Shown one piece after another: positions 11,797-24,400 of a stretch of DNA of 64,000 nucleotides. The translations under genes were made by a program, and so were the position numbers. Within the stretch, counting starts at the first letter, position 1. Every line of letters starts with the position of its first letter. The notes under the pieces are model-generated. The model was given only the letters and a program-made list of their open reading frames with translations, did no database searches and was not told the DNA's origin. Source of the DNA: Zygnema circumcarinatum SAG 698-1b (taxonomy: Eukaryota > Plantae > Zygnematophyceae); contig CM074807.1 in assembly GCA_037447605.1 (NCBI GenBank), positions 3,048,327 through 3,112,326 on the forward strand, given 5' to 3'.

Positions 11797-12121
11797 NNNN
11801 NNNNNNCGGTGGGAACATCTTCAGGATCCCTACGTCTTCCGCTGCGCGTACCTCTGAATCCCCCGGATCCTGGCTCTATGCTGCAGGCAGACCCACAGAA
11901 CCAACCCAACCCTTCATTAGTTTCAGCACGGACGCGCGTGTGGCCGTACAGCACCTGCAGCTAGCTCAGCAGTCTTTGTTTAACCCCACTTATCTTGTGC
12001 TACAGGGTCCTCATATTTTCCACCCTGGTTCCGGGCAAAATGAGGCGAAAACATTAAATTTGCATATATAAGGTTCGTGTTACGAATAGACGGGCGGTAT
12101 TATGTTAGAGTTCATGTTTAA

Positions 12122-12430
12122 CCGTACGTATCGTACCCTACCGTATCGTATCGTACTGTATCATTTAACATCGTATCGTATCGTGACATATCGTGACGCT
12201 TACACTGTCGTACATACTGTCGTCATCCAGCCATCGGGGAGTTTCGTATCGTATTGACCGTATCGTATCGTATCTTATCGTATCGAAGTCAAGAAGACGG
12301 GGAGAAGAGCGAGCGCCTCTTACGGCGGCACGAGCGGGGAGATTAGGTGCGATTTGCGTAAGCCCGTAACGGCTAGTACAGATAGTACGGACAGTACGAA
12401 CAGTACGAGCAGTACGAGCAGTACGGCTAA
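12122..12430 (+). repeat. Subterminal short-repeat arrays of the hAT element ((CGTAT)n and (CAGTACGA/G)n)
   Basis: Direct reading: CGTAT 5-mers at 12122-12285 and 9-mers at 12376-12427. Confidence 0.8.
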
Positions 12431-12826
12431 CACAAGTTACCGTACAAAAAAGTGGTTTCGGCAAAATTGGGGCGAAAATATTGAGGACGCACTCCTTGGG
12501 GTGGTAAATACGAGGACCCCCCACTGTATACTTTCCGTACCTTCAGCCGTACCGTTTTTTAAAATATTATATTCTTTTTTGGGCCGATTTGAATTGCTCA
12601 ATGCAGTCACGTCACGGGGCACGAAAAAGGGGCATGCCCCCCCCCCAAGGGGGGGGGGGCACGTGCCCCTGGGCACGGGTCGGAGGGGGACCGTGCCCCC
12701 AACCCTAGCGCCAACACTGAACGCAATGGGCCAGGCATGCCATGGATGACATTACATCATGTCTGCGCGGGATGCGGTAGGCTAGAAGCTTTTGCGTGAA
12801 AGTGGAGCTGGAAACTGTCGGCAGCC

Positions 12827-14447
12827 ATGGCGTCCAAGTCTCTCTTCAGGGAGAATCCGCTCTCCCTTTCGATGTCAGAAGCTGCATTCGACGAATGGCT
12901 GCTGCAAACGTGCGCGAGAGGGGATCCAAGGATCGTGGCTCGTTTAAAAGCGTCTGCATATCAGGCTGATCCCCAATCAAAGTCTTTTTTTGGCCGGCTT
13001 TGGAGCCGAATCCGACTTCCTCGCTTGTACTTGCTTGTAGACGACCTTTTCAAAGATCCTCTTCCCTGGACTACAGATTTCTTAGACTGTGGCCGTGGTC
13101 TTGGCTGCACATACTCCACACCAAGGTCATGGGAAGCTGCAATGTGCCGTATAGAAAGTAACGTGGAGCGATATCCAGGAAACTACGTCCGCCTTGCATT
13201 CATCGTTTTGCTGTGTGTGCTGTAAGTGCACTTCGCGAGGACACCAATTCCGGCGTTTTTAAGTGTCTTGCTTTGTTAAATAACCAACACTTACGATCGA
13301 CTTAAGTTTAAGCCAGGCTCATCAAGCTGCAGGCAAGTAGATAGGTAGTGAATCAGCGAGGTGCATCAGTGCAAGGTGTGGTATTAATATCTTTCAACCG
13401 ACCGAGAGGTGACCGCAGGAGGTAGAGTTGGAGGAGCTTCTTCCTCAGAGCCTGTCTATAGAACGTTCACAATTGCTTCTGACAACACAGCTGAGGAAAA
13501 CAATGACTCTGGTTTTATTCAGGATGTTTTGGAATCCCCGTTACATGACAGCTTTAAGAGGTTTTGTTTTTATTTTCCATCAAGTGCTTCCCCTCACTGG
13601 TCTATGACTTTGCCGTTCTGAGCAGGTACAAGCGGCCTTTGGCATTACTTGGTATACTGGTGGCTTTAAAGATGTCGGATTCACTTTTAAAGTATACTCG
13701 GGGGACGGAGAGAGACAGCACGAAGGAGTCTTTCATCTTTCGTACTACCTCGTGGTTGGCAAAGCTTGGTAATTTGCGTACTTTTCCACCACCTTTCCTG
13801 TTCTGATGAACATTTTGATTTTCAAACGCAGAACATTCCTTTGTTTGTCATAGGAATCGGATGAGATGTGCCCAACTGATGAACTGTGCATATCAAAGGA
13901 TTTGTGCCATACTAGCTGCATGAACCCGAACACCTGCTGACACAGTATTGTCTCTACAGGTGTTTGGTTGGTTCTTTTGTACTGTAAAGTGCTTCCAACC
14001 CTCATTCTGGCCGCCCTCCTTAGTGTTTTAGGTGAGTTTTCAATTGTGCAAAGCCCTCGCTTTCAGTCTCCCATATTTAGGCAGCCTAAAAAAATATAAT
14101 CTGTTGATGGAGGACGTTTTCATGGGGGACTTGATGTACCTTTATCCTTCGACTTTCTTCGTGACAGTGATATGGATTATGATAACCCTTAGCTAGTCCA
14201 TCCCGTGACCACTGCTGCGATTGAAAGAACATGAACAGTCTAAACCTTCAATGCTAGCAGTGTTCGCTTTTGTTTTGTCATCCAATCCTACAGAGAATTG
14301 GTGTTGGTCCTAAACGCTCTTTGCTCTTGCACTCTTTTTGCTGTGGCAGTTGTTTTTGTCCATGGCGCTTTTAGGGATCCTGCTACATGGCCCTCGGCGT
14401 CTCAACCACAAGACAATCGGACACATAGAAGAGGGCATGCAACCTAA
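12827..14447 (+). CDS. PRA1H: PRA1 family (prenylated Rab acceptor) protein, PRA1.H-like
   Basis: Exons 12827-13221, 13626-13768, 13960-14031 and 14350-14447 in phase. Motifs NPLSLS..AFDEWL, PWTTDF, NY..L...CVLYKRPLAL and VHGAFR match plant PRA1.H. Confidence 0.85.
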
Positions 14448-14814
14448 AGGTGCCTACAAAGCAATAACGAATTCACATGTCCAATTTTGTTTCTATCCGA
14501 CCTGGCTGTAGTGAGAGCAAATAACCGCATACGACCTGCGGCGGAGATTTCTGTCAGCGGTTTTCCGACGTGACTGGAGCTCCAGCGAAAATTCCATCAA
14601 ATTTTTACTTCCAGCACTAGATCTTTTTGTTGTAGGAGGGGAGGACAGGAGCCTTCGGCTTGCGCAGCTTGGTTCTGCTGGATGCCCCAGCAGACAGCAG
14701 CATTGTAGGAGCACTGGATGATGTATATTTTGTAAATGATTTTAATTGCTTGAATCTCCATCTACCTTTTCTACATATTGGATGGACGTTAATTGGAACT
14801 TGACCGGTTCCATT

Positions 14815-15060
14815 CTTCGCGGCTGTTTCTAAGGCCTGAAGCGTTGTTGAGCTTAGCCTAGAAGTAGCTTTCCGCTCTTAGCTTTTTTATTTTGTCCTTG
14901 GGTCCTTTGTGACCAGTTCGTCGTGGTTCCCCATGCTGAGTTTGTCCATGTACATTTGATGGCATCATCGCCATCGTGAGACCAACGCCACATCCTTTCC
15001 CTTTTCTATGAAGGCTTTGTACATCATCGCCTGCAGCTCTGTTTGTGTCAGGTACAGTAT
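14815..15060 (-). repeat. Dispersed repeat, copy C, in the SMARCAL1 upstream region
   Basis: VALVSRWR*CHQMYMDK frame. Nucleotide match to copies A and B. Confidence 0.75.
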
Positions 15061-15429
15061 CGTACGGTGTTTTATAAGGAAGGCACACAAGAGAAGAAAG
15101 ATAGGAGAGAAAAATTTGCAGAAAGAAGAAAGAAAGCGTTGCGCTAGAGAACACTGTGAAACTGAGCTCGTCGAAGGAAAAAAAAAAAAAAAAATCACTG
15201 TACACTCGCCAGCTTCTGCTACCGTACGTTGGTACCTGCAAGGCTCCTGTCAGCTAAAAGCAGGTCGTACCTTTATGAACGAGATTCCTGCTAGAGCAGG
15301 GAGAGCGTACGGACGTACGATCGCGCGCAGCATCGCGTTTGAATGGGCCGTTTGTAGTCGAGAGGAGGCGGGAAGGCAAGGTCCCCCCGCCTTGCGCCTG
15401 CAGCAGAAGCTTTGCAAGCAGGAGCAGCC

Positions 15430-18400
15430 ATGGATGCCGAGGCGTGCCATAGCGAGTGGGACCTCAGCATGGCGGAACTTGACCGGCTCGAGAGAGAGGC
15501 GCTCATGCAGGCGGAGGAGCGTCGCAAGTCGGGGGCTGAAGCGTGCTCCCGGCCTGCTCCAAATGGGGAAAGGTTAACGAGAAGGGGTCCTAGACAGGGG
15601 GCGGCTCGGGGAACGACTCAATCGCGATTTGTGAGAAGGGAGACGCAGGATGGAGATTCTGATGCTTTAACGGTCCATGTTCGTGAATTTCGGGATGGAA
15701 GGATTGCAACAAAGTCACCTTACAATGAGGTTAGTTCAGGAAATTGATCTTTTTTTTTTGCGAACATGGGTTAATCTTTGCTTACACACTACTGAAACCA
15801 TTATCGCTTGCTTTCATTGCAGACACTGGTAGCTGTGTTGAAGTCAGTTCCTGAGCATGAGTGGAACTCCGATGAAAGGTGAGGCTATGCCGACAGTTCA
15901 CAAAGACGCGCTTCTTCCCTATATTTTTAGTGTTATTCTGCTTTCTAGCACCACCACTTAATTGTTTTTTTTTTTATCGTGCTGTCTAGTCCCGCTTTCC
16001 TTAAAGTTTCTGGAGCTTTGATACAGGATGTGGACTTTTCCAGAAGGACGTCTGGATGAACTTCTTGATGCCTTAGCGAGTGCTCCTCAGCTCTCTGTGA
16101 AAGTAAGCTACAAGTTCCACAGTTTCGTGCAGGGTTTCAACGTTTCCAGAAAGGCTTTATGGTTATTTGAGGCACTTGAAAGCTTTATAAATTGTCTACA
16201 ATGGACATATGTTTTAATCAGCAAGACAATGGGCCTAACTTGAAAACCTGTTGTTTATTTTTTGTTGAGGTAACAGGTGAACCTTCAAGTGTCATCAGCT
16301 GGTGAGCTACGATCCTGGGCTTTGATTGACGGATTTTGTATCCTACACAAAGAATTCTGGTTGCATAGGTGATTGCCGCTGTAATGTCTATGCTTCACAG
16401 CTTAATTCTGTGCCTTAAGGGGAACATTACTGATAGGCAGCCTTGGACTGGGGAAGTGCTCACAGGAGTGCAAAGGGACCGGCCTAAACAGTTTTATCAA
16501 AGAGCGAATAACGATAACATGCCAGAAGGATCAGCAAGAGGGAGCACCTTTATTGCTCCACCGACTGCTGTCAGGGGGAAAACTGCTGCCCATCAAAGTT
16601 CTATATATACTATAACTTTATACGAGGTTGGAAGTCGAATTGCTGCTAAGGCTTCCTATAATGAGGTGAGCAAAAAATACTATTGTCGCCCATTCACATA
16701 GTTATTGACAACTGTAATAGTCTGATATAGACAATCTAGCACCGAAATATCCTATCCCAGCCAGTTCGCCATCTCAAGGCTGTATTCGAATGGACCAGCT
16801 TTTTGAAGAGGTCATATTAGGATTTCTTGGCAATCCACGGATAGCGCATAGCATCTTGATTCTTAAGGGACACAAAGCAGCCTTTTTTTCATTACGAATT
16901 TTTTGAATTTTAGACTTTCTAAGAGAGATTAAATCAAAAGCTATTCCGGGACCTGAGCCATCTGGTCCGTCGAGTGGGTTCGTAGTTGTGTTCCAATAAG
17001 ACTTGACCTGCCATGAAACGAGCATGTGCTTATGACAATGTGCATAGCCAATCCTCCAATCCCTACCCTGAAGATTGTCTTTTGGCAGTCTTTGAACATC
17101 AAGTTAGCAGCAAGTATGTGGGGGGTCTGGCTTTTTCCTGTGGCACACGTCCTCGCGATCATTTTGCTACACTCTCTTCATTGACCAAATTGACGTTTTC
17201 CCCAATTGCGCGCATGCTTTTTGCTCTGCCCAGAAACAACCCTTCCTGCACCTTAACTCATTTAATGGAATTCAGGTTCTCTAAATGTTCATCTCTATAA
17301 CATGACGTGGGCATTTTGCAATGCACAGGGTTTCAAACAAGCATGCCAATCGATTCTTCAGCGCTCATGGGATACAACAGAAAGGTTAGGTGCTGGCAGG
17401 TGCTTGTGCCTTCAGGAGAGTCTCGTCAACTTTATTATCAGAATAATATGTCAATCCTCAGTTGTGGAGACTTTTCTCTCACAAGGAAAACTTGTTTCGT
17501 TTGTATCTGGATGTTTGGGCATTTCAACTGAAAGCTGGCTTTTTGGCGGAGTCTTTTTAGGGCATGGACCTTTCCGCAACTGCAGTTGGAGACGGCACTT
17601 CAAGCGTTTTCAAGCATTCCCAACGTCACCATTCAGGCATGATATCCTTGACAGATAGCAGTGTGTTTCATCAAGAAGATCCTTCTTTTGTGCTGCAAAC
17701 GAAGACATGCCTCTTACGGCCAATTTACTTACTTTTTTTGGAAGATGATGATAACAGTTCGATGTGAAGCCGCCATTGGAGCTGCCAGCTGGCTTTAAAG
17801 GAATCAATCATGATGGACGTTCTGCTCTGGAACAAGAGCTTCCTTCTCACAACACTACAATCTCTGAACCAGGTATTGCCAATCGTTGACAATTGCTCTC
17901 TGCGCTTTTCTTGTAGTTATGGAGTTGCTTATGAGGGCAACAAATTTCTGTGCTGAGAAATTTGGTGATCGCACAATAGCTGTTGCCAGTACATTGAGTT
18001 TGGCGTTCCCATTAAGGACTGGGTAAAGGGCCAATGTGGGCTCAGATGGAAATAGAGGAAAGGCAGATTGGATGGAGCTACCATCGAAGCACATGCAGAC
18101 ATCCTCGGACTCATGTCCAGACTTGAATTCACAACCTTCCAGTTCCCAGGAAGGAGAGCGAGCACACGGGCCCACCGTTTGCAACGTAAAGCTGATGCCA
18201 CAGAGCTCTGGGGACATTGCTGCATTGTTCTCCTATTACTCGGTGCGTCCCTGAGCCTTCATTCTGATCAGAGGGCCTTGTGCATTTAGCATCTTTGCTT
18301 TCGTCGCAGTTTCTGAGTTTAAAGCCACTTAATTGCTGAAAATTCTTGAAACTTGTGCTTAAGGACTGCCGATGGTTACTGTTAAAAAGGCTGAGAATAG

Positions 18401-21400
18401 AAGGTCCTTCATTAAATGTATGGAGCGAGTGAACTGTCAGTTAACCCCTACATCTGCAGGAGCAGTTTTCTAATGGCGTTCAGAGTTCAATATTGGTCAG
18501 CTATGCACACATTTGGCAGAATTCCTCATTTGAATACATGCTTAGGACATTAACGGACATTGGCCCCTCTCATCAGCATGTCCAAGGCCGTGCTGAGGAT
18601 TTGTAAAGGATTGACATTCTCCTTCTTGGGCTGGTCTTTGCTGAAAGCTTCATCCCCTTGTTATTATAGCGTTTCCTTTACAAACCATAACGTTTGGCCG
18701 GATGCATTGAGCGGACAAGGTGGTATACAAAAGACTAAGTCTAGTCTGCCACTTGCTGTCCATACGATGGTCTTTTTTAGCTCATGACCAAATGTTTGCG
18801 TCTTGTCCAGCTAACTTATTTGAGCGTTATTTGAAGGATTCTCTATACAGGGTGATGTGGCTAGGCTGCTCTTTTGTTTAAGAAAAAAAGTTAATACTGA
18901 ATGCCAACTACTGATTTCCATTGTTCTTTGTGCAGCCATTAGTAGAGAAGATGAGGTCAATACCTGGGGCCGAGTGGAATCTAAAGGCCAAGTAAGGACC
19001 ATCAACTATTATGTGCGACTTGGTGCTTGATTTTGTCATTTCTATGTTCTTAACGTTTTATGAATTATGGTCGTGCAGCCTACATGGTTCATAAACCTCT
19101 ATAACTTGCTCTATGGAGAGAAATGGAGATATATAGATCTCCACTAGTTTCAGTCGGTTTCTTCTGTCTGACTTCAATTAGAAAGAGCAGCAGTTGCAAC
19201 AATTACTGAAGAAGTTACTTCTTCTTGTTGCAGGCATTGGACCTTTCCCGTATCTTCGCTGGCAGTGGCAATCACGACTATGAATGCAACTCGAGGAGTA
19301 AAGGTGAGAAGAGCAAAGTACCTTAGCTTCTACCGATCCTGGCGAATGCCGGACATCAGCGCTACTGTTAGTATGAGGGGTGCTCCTGAGAAAGAAAAGA
19401 GAACGCTACTGTGTGTCTATTGAATTGCGATCCTGCACGTTTTATATGCAGGCTAGCAAACAAAACAAGAATTCGCATTTGACTTGTGCATAGAAATTTG
19501 GAATTGTACATAGGTGCAACGATTGGAGCCCTTGGTCCTGCGAGCAATGCAAGTATCGGCTGCGAGGCCTGATGACTCCGGTAAGGACTGTACTGCCTCA
19601 GTTGAACTTTACTCTGCTTACGAACATCGTCGACTCTGTAATTATTGTTATGAGGCCTTTGGGAGAGAGAGTGAAAGAGCAATTGGTGGCATGCCTGGGG
19701 GTACAGCGCTCTATGCAAACATGCCAGTGGAGTTGGAAAAGCGACTGCTTCCTTTCCAGCGGGAGGGCATTAAGTGCGTTTCTCTGCAGCACTTACAGCC
19801 GCTGACTGCTTTGACTTCTTCTGGAAACGATGCATTCGGCTCAGCAATGTCCGGGATTACTTGTTGTTCGTACTTGCAGCTCTACTTTCTCTTGTATGTG
19901 TGATTTTAGAATAAACGGACGAGAAGATTGACATGGAAAGAAAGGTTGAAAAGTGCAGGTTTGCTCTCAAGAAGGGCGGACGAGCGTTGTTTGCAGATGA
20001 AATGGTGGACATCACAAACCCTTCCTTGCACTGATGCACTTTGTTTGCCTGAAAGTCTAATGGACAATACATGAGCAATAAAAGCTGAAGAGCCTGTCTA
20101 GAATAACCGTTTTTCAACCCCAGCAAATAGAAGCAAATGCTGAAGTTGGGCCGCACCGACTTCTCTCCAAAGTTTGTTCTCAAAAGAGAGTGCATTGCAG
20201 CTTGGAGTTGAAGGAGAACAGAAAGCTTCTAACTCTCAGTGTCAGGGGGATTGGGATGCTCGTTTCGCCACAGGGACTGGGGAAAACTCTGCAGGTAAGC
20301 TGAATGAGTAGGTTGGAGAAAACAGAGGCTTGCAATTGTTTTTTTCTGTTCAAATTGCACCCATCAACCCCTAGCACTGTCTACGAAGAAGGTTTTGAGA
20401 ACTTCGTCGTATAGGTTACAAAGATCGGGAAAATGTGATTTTCATTGAGCTATTCCCCTCGTATTGCGCATGTCAGGCGATCAGCATTGCAATGTGCTAC
20501 CGAGAGGAGTGGCCTGTATTGGTGCTCGTCCCGTCTGCCCTGCGGTTACAGTGGGCAATGGTAAGGTCCAACCCATAGACAACTCCAACGTCATTCATGA
20601 ATATCTGTGAATGCCAAAAAATAAAGAAATGCAAAAAAAGAACGAGAGATTTTAGTTACTTATTTCTCTTACTTGAAGTTTCTGTCTTCACTGGGCTAAC
20701 TATTGTGGCTCTCATTTGGAGGCTTACAGGCCATACATCAATGGCTGCATCCTGCGGTTCTCCCAGGAGACATAACGGTAAACTGATAGTAGTCCCCCTG
20801 AACCGCAAAGCTTCTAAGCTGCTGTGCATGTATATAGGAGCGTACTCAACGCAGTCATGTTTAAAGCATGGGTCCATTTGAGACTTTTTGCATACATATA
20901 AACAACGGTTGACCTGATTTTGGCATACCTTACGTTTGTAACGCTTGGCAGCTTGTGATGCCCGCTGCGACGAAGCTTCGGGAAGGCTTTGCAGTTGTGA
21001 AATCTGTCGCGGAGGAGGTGTCGGAGTTGGAGGGACTCTTCTGTGTATTGTCTTATGATGCGGCACACAAGCTTCCTGCTAATGCTGAGTTCAAGGTAAC
21101 TCCAACCTGGTAGAGGAGACGAACATGCGTAACCAACCAAGAAACTGTGCTGAATGTACAGTAGTTGAAAAGCGGAACTTTATGTGCTATAGCGACCGTG
21201 GGTTGTGGGCAGAAGTGTTGTTATGCACATTAATTTTTGGTTGGGAGAACGTTTCCTTTGCGCAAAGCTCCGCAAGTATCTGCCGCATTATGAATTGTCA
21301 ACTCAAATATGACAGAGGTGTCTTGTCTTTCGGGTTAGAATCAAGCAGTATATGGGCAATAAAAACTGTATCACATCCTGTACTTGTCTTCCTTTGAGCA

Positions 21401-24400
21401 AGAGTAATGCCTGATTAAGGGATATCACCTCCTTAATTGAGCTGAACTGCGAATTCTGTTGGCCCGTGAGTCGCTTCGGCCACCTTACCCACTGTGTATA
21501 TTGCAAGCGTAGCATCAGACTTCAACCATTGCATGCGGGCTTTGGGGGACTACTGTCCGTACAGGTGGTGATAGCGGACGAGGCCCACTATCTGAAGAGC
21601 CCAAAGGCAAGACGAACCACAGCGAGCTTAACTTTTCTACAGGCATGGCAACGGACCTTAATTCCAATTATATATATTCTGTGATACGTTCACTTCTACA
21701 GACTCTTTTCCAGCAGTCATCGTCTTGTGGTACGGAAACAGCTTTAGATGACGGCAGCATGGGCCTTCTGATTCGCTGTGGTTTGCTCTAAACTTCACGT
21801 TATTAGCTTCCAATTAGCTCCGACTAATTTCAATGAACGATGGTGGGCGGAGGGAGGAGTGGATTCACAGTCCATAGTACGGGGTCTTAATGTTAATGTG
21901 CTGACTGCAGAAGGCGAAAAGGGCGATATTGCTGACAGGCACGCCCGCCTTGAACCGACCCATTGAACTCTTCACCCTGGTGAGCATGTCCATCTGCTGC
22001 AAATCCGTTCGCCAAAAACCACGAGTGGAGCCCTGTGCTTGTTTCTGCTCTGTTTTATGACGCTTGCTGTCAATGGCTGTAAATGCAGCTGAAAGCTTTA
22101 CACCCAGCAGTATTCTCCGACATGAAGGAGTATGGCAACCGATACTGCGCGAGCCGGGTAAGGGCAATCTCTGCTCTTTCAGGCATATCTGTAAAGTACT
22201 CTGTGGATGCTCCTGGAAAATTTCTCGATTCAAATGAATCTGCAAAGATCTTCGTTTCACCTCTGTCAATCCAAGACATGCAGAATTTTCGACCGGCAGA
22301 CGTTTGAACGCACTGCCCCTTCATGCCTGCTGGGGTGTGCAGGAAACTTCGTGGCATAAGAAGTTTGGAAAGTACAGAGGGTGCAGTCATCCTGAAGAGC
22401 TTCACGCCCTTGTGAAGAGCACTGTCATGGTCCGCCGCTTAAAGGCGGAGGTGCTGCCCCAACTGCCTCCCAAACGCCGGCAGCAGGTGGGCTATAGACA
22501 AAGGACGGCCGAAGATGTCGTCTGTTATGCAAAGATGGGAGTGATGAGGGCGAACTTGCAAGCTGGGAAGAGTTGATAATGAGGATAAGCCTCTTTTTTG
22601 GTTTCTTGTTTGACTTCTGGAAACCTATTTCCGTCGCCTTGACGTCCCGTTCCTGTGTTCTGTAAGCAGTTGACCTATGTTGCGAAGGAAATAAGACGTT
22701 CCCATCACAGATACTCCGAGCTATCCTCTTTTTGTTTTACCTTCCGCCAGCGTAGACGCGACTGTCTTGTATTTGGCCTGGAAATACGTGCTTGTGATAC
22801 TTAACCATTTCTGAATGCGAGGTTCGGGTCAGCATGCAGATAGTTGCGAACTTCTACTAAGGAGCTTATGAACTTATGTGCTTTTTCAGGTCCTTCTCTC
22901 ATTGGATGCCACGTCAATGCGTCCCATTCAAGCGCTCATGCAAAAGGCAGGTCTCCTCACCTGTTTGAGGATTCGCTTAATCAATCCCGAGGCAGACTTT
23001 GTATGCTATCAGAGAATGTTGGTTTGAGATAGTGTTTGTGACTGAATACCGAATTCGAATCCAACTCCATGCAATTTGAAGTGTGTGCTTCTGACTTAGA
23101 TTATCTCCATATCTAGTGCTCTTTTTTTCTATTGCAAGAGTGCTGAAGGGGGGAGCAAACCACACTCTGTGGGGTGAGTTGGGGGTTTGGGGCGCAAGCA
23201 GATGAAGGAATTGAAAGCGCGGATGACTCGAGAGAAGGAGAACCTTGAGCTTGCAAACGAGGAGAGAACTCTCATGTCCAAAGTAATGTGACAGTGAGCA
23301 GAGGAGAGAGAGAGAAAAATAAAAGGAAGGCAGAGGTCTTTTTGGAAGCTGCTTGCGGCTTTGTATCCTCTGCCTTTGGATGTTATCTTCAATGACGGAT
23401 GTTTGGGCATATGTAATTCAGATGTACATGGAAACTGCTTCAGCCAAGATAATGGCTGTCGGGGAGTACTTGGAGACACTTTTAGAGGTAAGGAGGTTTC
23501 AGGTGATACTAATAGGATAGGTGGAAATGGCCAAACTTGTTGCTTGTGTGTTCTTTTTAAGCTCTAATTCTTGACTGTCTTATGAAAACTTCTTGTTTCA
23601 CATGAGGAGGCTTCAATGGATGCTGGGAGGGGGCAGGGAGACTGTAAGTTTTTGGTTTTTGCCCACCATCAGGTGCTCCTGGACGGCATTGAGGCGAAAG
23701 TGAAGGTATGGGAACTGAATTCTGAAGCCTTTCTGATCAAACTTTACAGTAACTGCTCAACGAATAGAGACGGGTGGGGCGCAATTTCATCTTATTTTAG
23801 ACTATATTGGAAGTTTCTATATTAGTTGCTGTCACTATGGTATGTTCGAGTTGCCTGAAGTAGTGAACCTATCATTCTTAGTTCAGCAAAGGCAGCTCTG
23901 AGCCTTCATTCACAGGAAGGGGAATGCTCAAAGGCTAACATGTTCCTTTCAATTTTCACAGTCGGAACTCAGTTCAATGCCAGTTCCGGACTCAATGGTT
24001 TGAATTTCTTATCTCTGCTTCTGCACAAAACATTCTGTGTTTGTAAGCAGGAACTTGTGAAATACATTCGCATTGATGGCAAGACTCCCCATGAAACTCG
24101 ACCCGGACTGGTTGAATCTTTTCAGCAAGATGTCGACGTTCGCGTTGCTTTGGTGCAGCCATCCCCCAGACTCACCTTTTTCTGCTCTAAAAACCCATAT
24201 AGGTTCACAGGAAGGTCCTTCCTTCAATGTCTTCTTCATCAAAAGTCAATCCATCTGCTCTTATTGCATGCACAAGTATATCCCTGAACAGAGGAGTCTT
24301 TTCTCGGACTCTGGGGGGGATGCAGCTGAGCATTATGACAACGGGTGTGGGCATCACACTGACTGCAGCGAGTGCAGTAGTTTTTGCGGAGATGGCATGG

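Larger units (their letters stand above)
8922..11997 (+). mobile_element. Degenerate Ty3/Gypsy LTR retrotransposon nested in the hAT element
   Basis: Homologous LTR-like blocks 8922-9124 and 11807-11997, both ending TTTGTTTAACCCCACTTATCTTG. PBS-like TGGTATCGAG at 9123-9132 (Met-i type, 1-nt deletion). gag-like IKFLALELEGEAA at ~10015-10050, RNaseH-end-like WVMELEEHN at ~10625-10650, then integrase. The RH-then-INT order indicates Gypsy. Two N gaps inside; the true 5' LTR start may be further left (TG at 8681). Confidence 0.8.
7323..12707. mobile_element. Non-autonomous hAT-superfamily DNA transposon
   Basis: TIR TAGGGTTGGGGGCACG at 7323 and its reverse complement ending at 12707. Perfect 8-bp TSD GCGCCAAC at 7315-7322 and 12708-12715. 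GGGCATGCCC palindromes inside both ends. No transposase ORF. Confidence 0.9.

Noticed and set aside
8681-12005. Full TG...CA LTR boundaries with a TSD for the Gypsy element
   Set aside because: No matching 4-6 bp TSD found, the 3' LTR start falls in a gap, and the boundaries are left approximate.
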